A stretch of DNA of 63,773 bases, filler included, from Kondoa subrosea (lineage: Eukaryota), in the NCBI GenBank assembly GCA_039545335.1. It is 11 parts of 9 records of this genome, joined end to end, with 100 filler letters (N's around TTAATTAATTAA, not from the genome) between each part and the next. Parts side by side here need not be neighbours in the genome. Positions count along the whole stretch, not along the records: positions 46,032 to 50,784 come from BCIN01000013.1; positions 50,885 to 55,637 come from BCIN01000014.1; positions 55,738 to 58,427 come from BCIN01000015.1; 8 more parts are not named here. One strand, given 5' to 3'. The notes below the pieces were generated by a model. It was not told the DNA's origin. It made no database searches and was given only the letters and a program-made list of their open reading frames with translations. Position numbers and translations under genes: made by a program. Each line of letters starts with the position of its first letter. Positions within the stretch are counted from its first letter, which is position 1. Positions 47,998-58,527 of this stretch are shown here, in pieces.

Positions 47998-50546
47998 CTA
48001 GGTTGACCTCTAGGACGCAAAACTCTAGTAGTAGCGGTTGTAGGTCCAGCTAGAGGGGCGGCACGAGGCACAGCACGAGGTATGCGTGTTGGAATTGGTG
48101 TTGCAGGAAGTTCTGGTTGGGGTGGTGAAGGCAATCTTTCCTCTTGCAGTGGCATGTGAGCTTCAGGCAAGACAGGATCATCAGGTATAGGTTCTACAGG
48201 TGCAGCTGGTGGCGTTACAACTTGCGGGACAGGATGAGTAAACAGAGGAATAGCGGGAGCAGGATGTACTGCTTTGATCGGTGAAGACCGAAACTTGTTT
48301 TCATGAAAATAGCAGTCTCTGCTCTTGATGACTTTCCGAGTAGCTGTTGACCAGAATAGCCAGCCTTTCATCCCTTCTTCATAGCCAATAAAGACTAATT
48401 CTTGAGATTTAGGCTGAAGTGATTTTCGATTTTCATCTGACACGTGCACGTCTGCCAGACAACCAAAGACACGAATGTGGCTTATAGACGCTTTTCTTTT
48501 GTAAAATAGTTCGAACGGGATTTGGTTGCTTTTGGCTGCAGTAGGCAATCGATTATGAACCTCAATGTAAGCTGAGACTGCATCTTTCCAAAATCCAACT
48601 GGCAAACCCGCTTGATTGAGCATAGCAAGCACAGCATTGTGTATCGTTTGATTCAGTCGTTCAGCAATTCCATTTTGTTGAGGCGAACGAGGAACTGTTT
48701 TCTGATGAATGATGCCTTCTTCTTTCAAATATGCTTCGAATTCCGCTGAAGTGTATTCTCCTCCGTTATCAGACTTGAAAGTCTTGATCTTGTTCCCTGT
48801 TTGGGTAAATATCCGGGATTTGAAGAGCTTGAACGCTTTGATTTGTTCACTTTTGCGACGAAGATAGTAGATTTTTGCCAATCGTGATGCCTTGTCGACG
48901 TAAGCTACCCAATACTTGAAGCCTTCTCGAGAAGTTTCCAATGGACCTTTTAGATCGGATACTACGAATTCGCCAGGAAGTAGTCCTTCTTCCGTTTCTT
49001 CGGATGGGAAGAAGGGAAAACGTTTTTGTTTGCCTGCCATACAAGGTTTGCAGTCTTCCGCAATAGGATGGTGAGCTTCTAAGGATGCACCATCAACCAA
49101 TGATTTATCGACTAACAACTTGATTCGATCTTTACTAGCATGGCAGAGCCGCTGATGCAGAAGATGTTCTGTAAGCGGAGGATTGCGTGCAATGCTCGCT
49201 TTTTCTTGAGGGCGAATGATGTGACCGTCTAGGTAAGCAAGTCCGTCTTTGTGTTTTGATGCTGTGAATGCCAGGTTACCTTGATGGTCGTAGAAGCGCA
49301 TAGATGTATCCTTGGTAACAACTTTCATGTTAAGAGTAGATGTTAGATCTAGGATTGAAAGAAGATTGGAAGATAATTTAGGGACATGTAACGCTTTTGG
49401 GAAAGTGAAGATTGGCAGAGATCTCTGTGTAGGTTGAAAGCGAAAGGATCCAATGCCATGTATTGCAATCTTTTCTACCCCAGCTGTCCCTATTGTACCA
49501 CTCCTCTCTCTGTACTGAGCTAACAAAGATCCATCATTGATCATTGTGCTTGTCGCTCCAGAGTCTGCACATAGCGTGTCAGAACGAGTTGTAGTACGCA
49601 AGGGAAGACTTGCAGTCAGCATGGCTTGAGGATTCTCTGCATCCGACGAATCTTCCACTGATAGCTTGGCCTGAGAAGATTTCTTGAACTTGGAGAATTT
49701 TGGTTTATCTTTCCTTTCCTCCTTCTTTTCTTCAACAAATGCCTTGATCACAAAACAATTTTCGGTTGCATGTCCGTTCCCGTGTAGCATACAACCTCTC
49801 TTTCCCTCCTTTTCTTTAGCTTTAGAGGAAGAGGTAGATAATGCAGGATGATGAACTGCTTTGCTTGCAACTTCCTGTTTGACTGCTTCTGGTTTGTATC
49901 TTGTCATTTGAGCTGCATTTTGTAAGGTATTGATAACACCAGCCATTGACAGATCAGGTTGGACTGCCAGGTTTGAAGCAAATTGTTGGATAGACTCGCT
50001 TTCTGATCCGGAAAGAGCGTTTAGAATAGAATAGCGTTGAATCTCTTTCACTAAATCGCTAACAGTAAAGTCGACCAAGGTTCGAGAAGAGTATGGAGAA
50101 AGTAAATTGACTGGATCATCAGATGGTTTCTTGCAGGTTGCTAACAGAGTTTCTGCTAGACGAATTGATTTGGGAATGAGAGAAGATATAGAGTCTTCTG
50201 GGTCATGCTTCAGGTTGAGCAATTCGGACATGGCATGATAGCGACCAGCGCCAGTTGGCATAGCTTTCTGTCCCTTGAGAATTGCATAGGCTTCCACAGG
50301 ATCTCTGATTGATTGGATCAGAGTAGCGTGCTCAGAGTCAATGTAGCGACGCAAGAGACCCAAAGCTTTGTTTTTCGCTGCTTGCATTTCCAGTTGAGGA
50401 CGCTCGATAGGTTGTTCGAAGATATCTTGAACGTTTGCTTCAAGGCAAAGAGAGATGAGCTGATTCTCCCATGCTTCCCAATTGCTGGAATTGGTACTGC
50501 CTGCGTTTCGGGAAAGAATTATTTTCTTATACGTTTCTTCTGACAT
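47967..50546 (-). CDS. Copia B gag-protease-integrase polyprotein (859 aa)
   Basis: NWEAWE, CMLHGNGHATENC knuckle, ADSGATSTM, LHQRLCH..CKPC, VSDLKGP, SDNGGEY, QQNGIAER, FIGYEEGMKGW. Confidence 0.95.
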   Translation of the reverse strand: MSEETYKKIILSRNAGSTNSSNWEAWENQLISLCLEANVQDIFEQPIERPQLEMQAAKNKALGLLRRYIDSEHATLIQSIRDPVEAYAILKGQKAMPTGAGRYHAMSELLNLKHDPEDSISSLIPKSIRLAETLLATCKKPSDDPVNLLSPYSSRTLVDFTVSDLVKEIQRYSILNALSGSESESIQQFASNLAVQPDLSMAGVINTLQNAAQMTRYKPEAVKQEVASKAVHHPALSTSSSKAKEKEGKRGCMLHGNGHATENCFVIKAFVEEKKEERKDKPKFSKFKKSSQAKLSVEDSSDAENPQAMLTASLPLRTTTRSDTLCADSGATSTMINDGSLLAQYRERSGTIGTAGVEKIAIHGIGSFRFQPTQRSLPIFTFPKALHVPKLSSNLLSILDLTSTLNMKVVTKDTSMRFYDHQGNLAFTASKHKDGLAYLDGHIIRPQEKASIARNPPLTEHLLHQRLCHASKDRIKLLVDKSLVDGASLEAHHPIAEDCKPCMAGKQKRFPFFPSEETEEGLLPGEFVVSDLKGPLETSREGFKYWVAYVDKASRLAKIYYLRRKSEQIKAFKLFKSRIFTQTGNKIKTFKSDNGGEYTSAEFEAYLKEEGIIHQKTVPRSPQQNGIAERLNQTIHNAVLAMLNQAGLPVGFWKDAVSAYIEVHNRLPTAAKSNQIPFELFYKRKASISHIRVFGCLADVHVSDENRKSLQPKSQELVFIGYEEGMKGWLFWSTATRKVIKSRDCYFHENKFRSSPIKAVHPAPAIPLFTHPVPQVVTPPAAPVEPIPDDPVLPEAHMPLQEERLPSPPQPELPATPIPTRIPRAVPRAAPLAGPTTATTRVLRPRGQPRVQPPPTVLI

Positions 50547-50884
50547 TCTTGATCCTGAATGCTTGCTGTTGATAGCTCGAAGACAATTTCTTTGCGTGAG
50601 TCAAAGAATAGAGAGAATAGAGTTATAGCTGTTTTCTTTGTGGAATGTAAAGATTTATTGGATCTTTTCTCGCTCAGGAGCTCATAACCTAACACAAGCT
50701 GATCTCTCTATATCAGTACATGACTAATGCATATGGAATCTACACTACCTGATCTCTCTATATCAGTACATGACTGATCAAGATNNNNNNNNNNNNNNNN
50801 NNNNNNNNNNNNNNNNNNNNNNNNNNNNTTAATTAATTAANNNNNNNNNNNNNNNNNNNNNNNNNNNNNNNNNNNNNNNNNNNN

Positions 50885-53800
50885 CTACACTACCTGATCT
50901 CTCTATATCAGTACATGACTGATCAAGATCAAGAGAGATCAGGGTTCTAATATACAGTCAGGTGGCAAGAATCTGATACTCCCCCGCTTGCCTAATTGAC
51001 TGGAAGAACATTGAGTTTGTTTCTGAAAAGTTCGAATTTTGTTGTTCCCAATGCTTTAGTGAAGATATCTGCTATTTGATCGCTTGTCTTGATTTCTTTC
51101 ATCTCAACCTCCCCTTCCTCTACAGCATTTCGAATCCAGAAGTGATTGACTTTGATGTGACGAGATTTGCTTTGATGAGCTGGATCAGTTGCGATAATTC
51201 GTGCAGCAGTGTTATCGCAGAAGATAGGCGTTGGTGAGTCAATTCCATATCCGATCTCTTCCAATGCATTTCTAAATTGGACAGCGGACGTTGCTCCATT
51301 GTTTGCTTCAATTAATTCTGACTCTGCTGTTGATCTAGCGACATTCTTTTGCTTTGCGGATTGCCATGCGATCGGTGCATTGTTGAGGAAGACGACATTT
51401 CCTGAAGTACTTTTGCCAGAGTCAGCACAATCTGCAAAAGCCGCATCTGTATAGCCAGAGAGAAGAAGAGGTTGATCCTTGTTCAGTGGTTTGCCATCTA
51501 GTACAAGACCATAATTTGCAGTTGCTTTGAGATATCCTAAACACCTGATAGCTTCCCTTATAGCATCCGGTGTTGGTGATGAGTTTTGTCGAGATAGCAT
51601 TGAAGTTGCAAACGCTATGTCTGGTCGTGTTGTCATTGCAAGATATAGTAGACAGCCAACGATAGCAAGGTAGGGGAATGTAGCTACTAATTCTTTATCT
51701 TCATCTGATACTGCAATGTTGGCTTCGGAAAGAATAATGTTGTCCGACATGGGTGTCTTTTTAGGAGCAACATCTTGCATATCATATTGTTTGAGCATTT
51801 TATCAATGTAGACCGGTGAAGAAAGCATAATCTTCTTTTCAGATCGGTTGCGAGTGACCTTCATACCAACAGCTTGATTCACTTCGCCCAAACTTCTTAC
51901 AGTGACAACTTTTCCAATATTGCTCTCGACTTCTTTGATGGTTTTGACACAATTACACATCAACCAGGCATCATCAACATATACTGGAATAAGGAATATT
52001 GATTTTCCGCGCTTCATGAAGTAACATTGAGGTAGGGAAACAATGATCTTGAAACCAAGGCTTAGTAATACATCACGTAGCAGCTTGTAGAAGTTGCGGC
52101 CAGATTGTTTCAGTCCTTCTAAGCTGTTGTTCAATTTCCATACTTTATCTGTTCCATCCCACCAGGGTTCAGGTTGCTCTATATATACTTTCTCTTTCAG
52201 AGGTGCATGAATGAAGCCTGAGACGATGTCTATAGCATGGATTTCCAAATCAAAGGCTGCTGCTACCGCAAAGCAGAATCGAATTGAGGCATATGAGGCG
52301 ACTGGTGCTCTAGATTCGTTGTAGTCAATGCCAAATATCTGAAGAAAGCCTTTGCCAGTCAATCGAACGGAGTGTCTGTCAAATTCGCCAGAACTTTGGT
52401 CGAATTTGGTTTTGAAGACCAATTTGTGTCCCACTGTTTTCTGCTGGGGTCTTGGAACTAATTCATATGCTTTCAAGTCATCCAAGTTCTTCTTTCGTAC
52501 AGCTAGAGCTTCTTTCCAGCCTTCAAGGTTTCTGGAGTTCAGCATTTGTTTGTAAGTAACTGGATCTCTTTCTTCTATATATCTCTGCTTCAAAGGGCCA
52601 GCATTTCTTTCTTTAGGCTGAACAACAAGAGACTTACAGTCCAGGGCCGCAGCTTGACCTGCATGACACCCTGTGACCGACAAAGCGGTTTCTTTGACCT
52701 TATCTACGTCTTGCTCTTCATTTGATTGAGACTTTGATATTGCTTGATCATCTATGCCTCCCCCGCAAGCTATATGAGCACGGTAGGAGGAGGTTGCACT
52801 CTAGGTTGACCTCTAGGACGCAAAACTCTAGTAGTAGCGGTTGTAGGTCCAGCTAGAGGGGCGGCACGAGGCACAGCACGAGGTATGCGTGTTGGAATTG
52901 GTGTTGCAGGAAGTTCTGGTTGGGGTGGTGAAGGCAATCTTTCCTCTTGCAGTGGCATGTGAGCTTCAGGCAAGACAGGATCATCAGGTATAGGTTCTAC
53001 AGGTGCAGCTGGTGGCGTTACAACTTGCGGGACAGGATGAGTAAACAGAGGAATAGCGGGAGCAGGATGTACTGCTTTGATCGGTGAAGACCGAAACTTG
53101 TTTTCATGAAAATAGCAGTCTCTGCTCTTGATGACTTTCCGAGTAGCTGTTGACCAGAATAGCCAGCCTTTCATCCCTTCTTCATAGCCAATAAAGACTA
53201 ATTCTTGAGATTTAGGCTGAAGTGATTTTCGATTTTCATCTGACACGTGCACGTCTGCCAGACAACCAAAGACACGAATGTGGCTTATAGACGCTTTTCT
53301 TTTGTAAAATAGTTCGAACGGGATTTGGTTGCTTTTGGCTGCAGTAGGCAATCGATTATGAACCTCAATGTAAGCTGAGACTGCATCTTTCCAAAATCCA
53401 ACTGGCAAACCCGCTTGATTGAGCATAGCAAGCACAGCATTGTGTATCGTTTGATTCAGTCGTTCAGCAATTCCATTTTGTTGAGGCGAACGAGGAACTG
53501 TTTTCTGATGAATGATGCCTTCTTCTTTCAAATATGCTTCGAATTCCGCTGAAGTGTATTCTCCTCCGTTATCAGACTTGAAAGTCTTGATCTTGTTCCC
53601 TGTTTGGGTAAATATCCGGGATTTGAAGAGCTTGAACGCTTTGATTTGTTCACTTTTGCGACGAAGATAGTAGATTTTTGCCAATCGTGATGCCTTGTCG
53701 ACGTAAGCTACCCAATACTTGAAGCCTTCTCGAGAAGTTTCCAATGGACCTTTTAGATCGGATACTACGAATTCGCCAGGAAGTAGTCCTTCTTCCGTTT

Positions 53801-55637
53801 CTTCGGATGGGAAGAAGGGAAAACGTTTTTGTTTGCCTGCCATACAAGGTTTGCAGTCTTCCGCAATAGGATGGTGAGCTTCTAAGGATGCACCATCAAC
53901 CAATGATTTATCGACTAACAACTTGATTCGATCTTTACTAGCATGGCAGAGCCGCTGATGCAGAAGATGTTCTGTAAGCGGAGGATTGCGTGCAATGCTC
54001 GCTTTTTCTTGAGGGCGAATGATGTGACCGTCTAGGTAAGCAAGTCCGTCTTTGTGTTTTGATGCTGTGAATGCCAGGTTACCTTGATGGTCGTAGAAGC
54101 GCATAGATGTATCCTTGGTAACAACTTTCATGTTAAGAGTAGATGTTAGATCTAGGATTGAAAGAAGATTGGAAGATAATTTAGGGACATGTAACGCTTT
54201 TGGGAAAGTGAAGATTGGCAGAGATCTCTGTGTAGGTTGAAAGCGAAAGGATCCAATGCCATGTATTGCAATCTTTTCTACCCCAGCTGTCCCTATTGTA
54301 CCACTCCTCTCTCTGTACTGAGCTAACAAAGATCCATCATTGATCATTGTGCTTGTCGCTCCAGAGTCTGCACATAGCGTGTCAGAACGAGTTGTAGTAC
54401 GCAAGGGAAGACTTGCAGTCAGCATGGCTTGAGGATTCTCTGCATCCGACGAATCTTCCACTGATAGCTTGGCCTGAGAAGATTTCTTGAACTTGGAGAA
54501 TTTTGGTTTATCTTTCCTTTCCTCCTTCTTTTCTTCAACAAATGCCTTGATCACAAAACAATTTTCGGTTGCATGTCCGTTCCCGTGTAGCATACAACCT
54601 CTCTTTCCCTCCTTTTCTTTAGCTTTAGAGGAAGAGGTAGATAATGCAGGATGATGAACTGCTTTGCTTGCAACTTCCTGTTTGACTGCTTCTGGTTTGT
54701 ATCTTGTCATTTGAGCTGCATTTTGTAAGGTATTGATAACACCAGCCATTGACAGATCAGGTTGGACTGCCAGGTTTGAAGCAAATTGTTGGATAGACTC
54801 GCTTTCTGATCCGGAAAGAGCGTTTAGAATAGAATAGCGTTGAATCTCTTTCACTAAATCGCTAACAGTAAAGTCGACCAAGGTTCGAGAAGAGTATGGA
54901 GAAAGTAAATTGACTGGATCATCAGATGGTTTCTTGCAGGTTGCTAACAGAGTTTCTGCTAGACGAATTGATTTGGGAATGAGAGAAGATATAGAGTCTT
55001 CTGGGTCATGCTTCAGGTTGAGCAATTCGGACATGGCATGATAGCGACCAGCGCCAGTTGGCATAGCTTTCTGTCCCTTGAGAATTGCATAGGCTTCCAC
55101 AGGATCTCTGATTGATTGGATCAGAGTAGCGTGCTCAGAGTCAATGTAGCGACGCAAGAGACCCAAAGCTTTGTTTTTCGCTGCTTGCATTTCCAGTTGA
55201 GGACGCTCGATAGGTTGTTCGAAGATATCTTGAACGTTTGCTTCAAGGCAAAGAGAGATGAGCTGATTCTCCCATGCTTCCCAATTGCTGGAATTGGTAC
55301 TGCCTGCGTTTCGGGAAAGAATTATTTTCTTATACGTTTCTTCTGACATTCTTGATCCTGAATGCTTGCTGTTGATAGCTCGAAGACAATTTCTTTGCGT
55401 GAGTCAAAGAATAGAGAGAATAGAGTTATAGCTGTTTTCTTTGTGGAATGTAAAGATTTATTGGATCTTTTCTCGCTCAGGAGCTCATAACCTAACACAA
55501 GCTGATCTCTCTATATCAGTACATGACTAATGCATATGGAATCTACACTACCTGATCTCTCTATATCAGTACATGACTGATCAAGATCAAGAGAGATCAG
55601 GGTTCTAATATACAGTCAGGTGGCAAGAATCTGATAC
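50885..55637 (-). mobile_element. Second report of the same copia B element (ORFs 52770-55349 and 50992-52800; 5' LTR 55493-55636)
   Basis: Identical translations and identical contig length (4753 nt). Confidence 0.95.
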
Positions 55638-55738
55638 NNNNNNNNNNNNNNNNNNNNNNNNNNNNNNNNNNNNNNNNNNNNTTAATTAATTAANNNNNNN
55701 NNNNNNNNNNNNNNNNNNNNNNNNNNNNNNNNNNNNNA

Positions 55739-55891
55739 GTCGCTGGCCGCATCTACAAGATGTTGTCTCTCGGTCTCGGTATTGAACTCGATCAACCTTC
55801 TTCAGCGGCAGCAGAAGATGATGATGAACCACCAGCGCTTGAAGAAGCTGGAGGCGCACCTGCTTCAGGCGATCTCGAAGACATTGATTAG
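55739..55891 (+). CDS. HSP90: Cytosolic Hsp90 C-terminus, copy 1, partial
   Basis: VAGRIYKMLSLGLGIE..acidic..EPPALEE..DLEDID* matches the RIxxMxxLGL...MEEVD tail. Confidence 0.82.
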   Translation, partial: VAGRIYKMLSLGLGIELDQPSSAAAEDDDEPPALEEAGGAPASGDLEDID

Positions 55892-56414
55892 TTGTAGAGT
55901 TGAAAAGGGTAGTAGTTTGGGTTCAGTCATCGTTGTGTAATTAGAAGAGCAGATTGGATACTGCAAAATATGAAATGCTTTGCCAAGCCATCGAGATAAA
56001 CTAGACTTCATGGTTTCGAGCATCCGCATCCGTGTCTTTTATCTGTGCTATGTATCTCAGCTTGGGTTGGATAGGCGTGCTCGATCGAGGGGCAGCGCAA
56101 GAAGTGCGACTACTGCTGTCGCGTGACTGGTCTCACCTATGGGATGGCCTGGCATATTTGGAAACACTGTTCGATCTGAGAGCCTGTATGCAGAAGGGAG
56201 AGGGAGAACAGACAGCGGCGGCGAGTCAAGGTAGTATCGCTATACTATTGTGCAGTACTGCTTACCTCCTTGCTTATGCACCAACAACACAAATACATGC
56301 TGCAATAGTAGCTCTGTGCATTCACGCAGACCCACTGTGCTGCTGTTCTGCCTAGGCAATGCATTATTGTACCTATTGTCTTGCTAAACAAGAGGACAAG
56401 AGGACAAGATTCGA

Positions 56415-57972
56415 ATGGCTGAGAAGATCCAGCGCATCGTGTCTTGCTCTGCCTCCCTTCTTCTCATATGCAGTCTTCGTAACCATACCCTGCCTGTGCT
56501 AATTGTGCAAAGCCTAAAATGTTTCTGCGTTGGAAATATACCGTACCAGAGGAGAGAATTCTTTCTGCTAAGACTTCTCTGGCAGCTTGGGCAGCTCTAG
56601 CTACAGTTCTCACTACCACAGTTACTTTTACAATCTGGTCTAAAGGATTTCAAGTCAGCTCATGCTCTGGGTCCAAGCTGACTGTAAAGGGCTGAATCCT
56701 GTCTCTAAAAGGTTGTATGCGATCCCTGGTCCTATTATACCAATGGTGTCAGTCGACCTTTCTCGCTTGATCAATGCAATGCGACCGATATCCTGCCTGG
56801 TCAACTGTTCTCCACCAGCAAGAGCACTTTTAGGTACACAGCTACTGCAGCTTCTATCTATGATGATCCAGCTCGAACAAGTGCAGTCTTATCCAACTGC
56901 ACCTTGCAAGATGCGTCCAACTTGCAGGTGAAAGGCAATCCTTTGAGTGTGAGTCTATCCGTTACAACAATTCGAATCTCGTTCATCGTCTTCGGCTTGG
57001 CAGACACCAGAAGTCAATTTTCGCATGACTTATGTATGCCATGATATACGACCCGGTTCTCAACCTCATTCAACCTTCATGGGACAAGAACTGTTCGCTA
57101 ATTCGCTCGTCCTTTCACCTCACGATCTCGGAAGAGGACCTGCTGCTGATCCACTCTATTGGGAAATCAGACGTGCGGTAGTAACATTGAAACAGAGCGG
57201 CAAGAAATGCGTTGATCAAGATATTGACGGGTTTGAGATTGGGCATGTCAATGGGTCGACAACGTACGCTTATATGAGTGTGCGTCTTGTAGTTCCTCTA
57301 GCATCGGTTCTGGGCAGCTGATGTGTCAGCAGGACAACGCTCAAGGTGCTTCAGTGTCTCGCCTTCGGATCTAGTATTGCTAATATCTCTCGCTAGGTGC
57401 TCCGTGTGTCGGTAATGGTGCTCCAGGCAAGTCATGGCCCTTGTACGCGACTTATTTGCTAAGGCGGTGCTCACAGATGACCCGTTTGAGGGACAGAACG
57501 ATCCGGCATTACAAGCTCTGGGTCGACTCTTCCAGACTGTCGCCGATCACATTCAGCAAGACTTCATGCGCGAGCTTGTTCCTCTTCCAGACGTACACTT
57601 TCAGTGCCAAACCTGCCAGCGGAAGCCAAGGCCATTCAAAGAAACAGTTTGGAGTTGCGCTATAGCTGTGGGGGCGGTGTACGTCGAAGCCTGCGCTTTT
57701 CTGGCTCGAAACTGATGTTTCAACTCTGTCATAGTTTCGGTCTAGCCAATTGGATCATTCGAGCCATCGTCTTGTCAGTTGAGGAGAAACCAGATTCATC
57801 TGCTTCAATGCGATTAGATTCGGTGAGTTTCTTCTTGTTAGGGTCTCAGCTGTAGCAAGCTGATCGATTGTAGACATGCTCGAGTCCTACTCTAGCTGGA
57901 TCTTACTCTGCTGCTGGAACAAGTCCTCGATTTGGCAAGCGTTTCTCCGATTATTCGATCAACTCAAAGTAG
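56415..57972 (+). CDS. Hypothetical multi-exon membrane protein; mirror copy at 59026-60583(-)
   Basis: Consecutive open exons linked by GTACGC/GTGCTT/GTACGT/GTGAGT..CTRAY..YAG introns; N- and C-terminal hydrophobic segments. Confidence 0.5.
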
Positions 57973-58316
57973 GTGTCAGCTCTAATTGATCGTCTGTTCG
58001 GCTGATTGTATCGCAGCAGTCCACGCAACTCGGTTCTGTACGATTCTGCGGTGTAGCAATAGCTTCTATGCAATTGAACGAGCAAAGAAAAGAAAAGATT
58101 ACGCAATGTAAATCGTGTGATGAGACGGCTTGCCTCAGCCAATACAAGAAGATACGATGTTGCTTTTTTCAAGCCGTAACGAGCCAAAAGAAGGTTATCT
58201 GTGGTCTGTCTAGATGCTGAGCAAAGCATTTCATATTTTGCGGCATCCAATCTGCTCTTCTAATTACACAACGATGACTGAACCCAAACTACTACCCTTT
58301 TCTACTCTCTTTTCAA

Positions 58317-58427
58317 CTAATCAATGTCTTCAAGATCGCCTGAAGCAGGTGCGCCTCCAGCTTCTTCAAGCGCTGGTGGTTCATCATCATCTTCTGCTGC
58401 CGCTGAAGAAGGTTGATCGAGTTCAAT
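58317..58427 (-). CDS. HSP90: Cytosolic Hsp90 C-terminus, copy 2, convergent, partial
   Basis: Same peptide, one synonymous difference (CTC/CTT), small 3' UTR differences. Confidence 0.8.
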   Translation of the reverse strand: MELDQPSSAAAEDDDEPPALEEAGGAPASGDLEDID

Positions 58428-58527
58428 NNNNNNNNNNNNNNNNNNNNNNNNNNNNNNNNNNNNNNNNNNNNTTAATTAATTAANNNNNNNNNNNNNNNNN
58501 NNNNNNNNNNNNNNNNNNNNNNNNNNN

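Larger units (their letters stand above)
46032..50784 (-). mobile_element. Young Ty1/copia retrotransposon family B (about 4802 bp; 3' LTR 46032-46175, 5' LTR from 50690)
   Basis: Identical LTR sequence at both ends, PBS GGTTATGAGC, PPT AAGCGGGGGAG, domain order gag-PR-IN-RT-RH. Confidence 0.97.

Noticed and set aside
46032..55637. Apparent tandem duplication of the copia B element
   Set aside because: Two separate contigs of identical length and sequence, offset within the LTR; best explained as one assembly-graph edge reported twice
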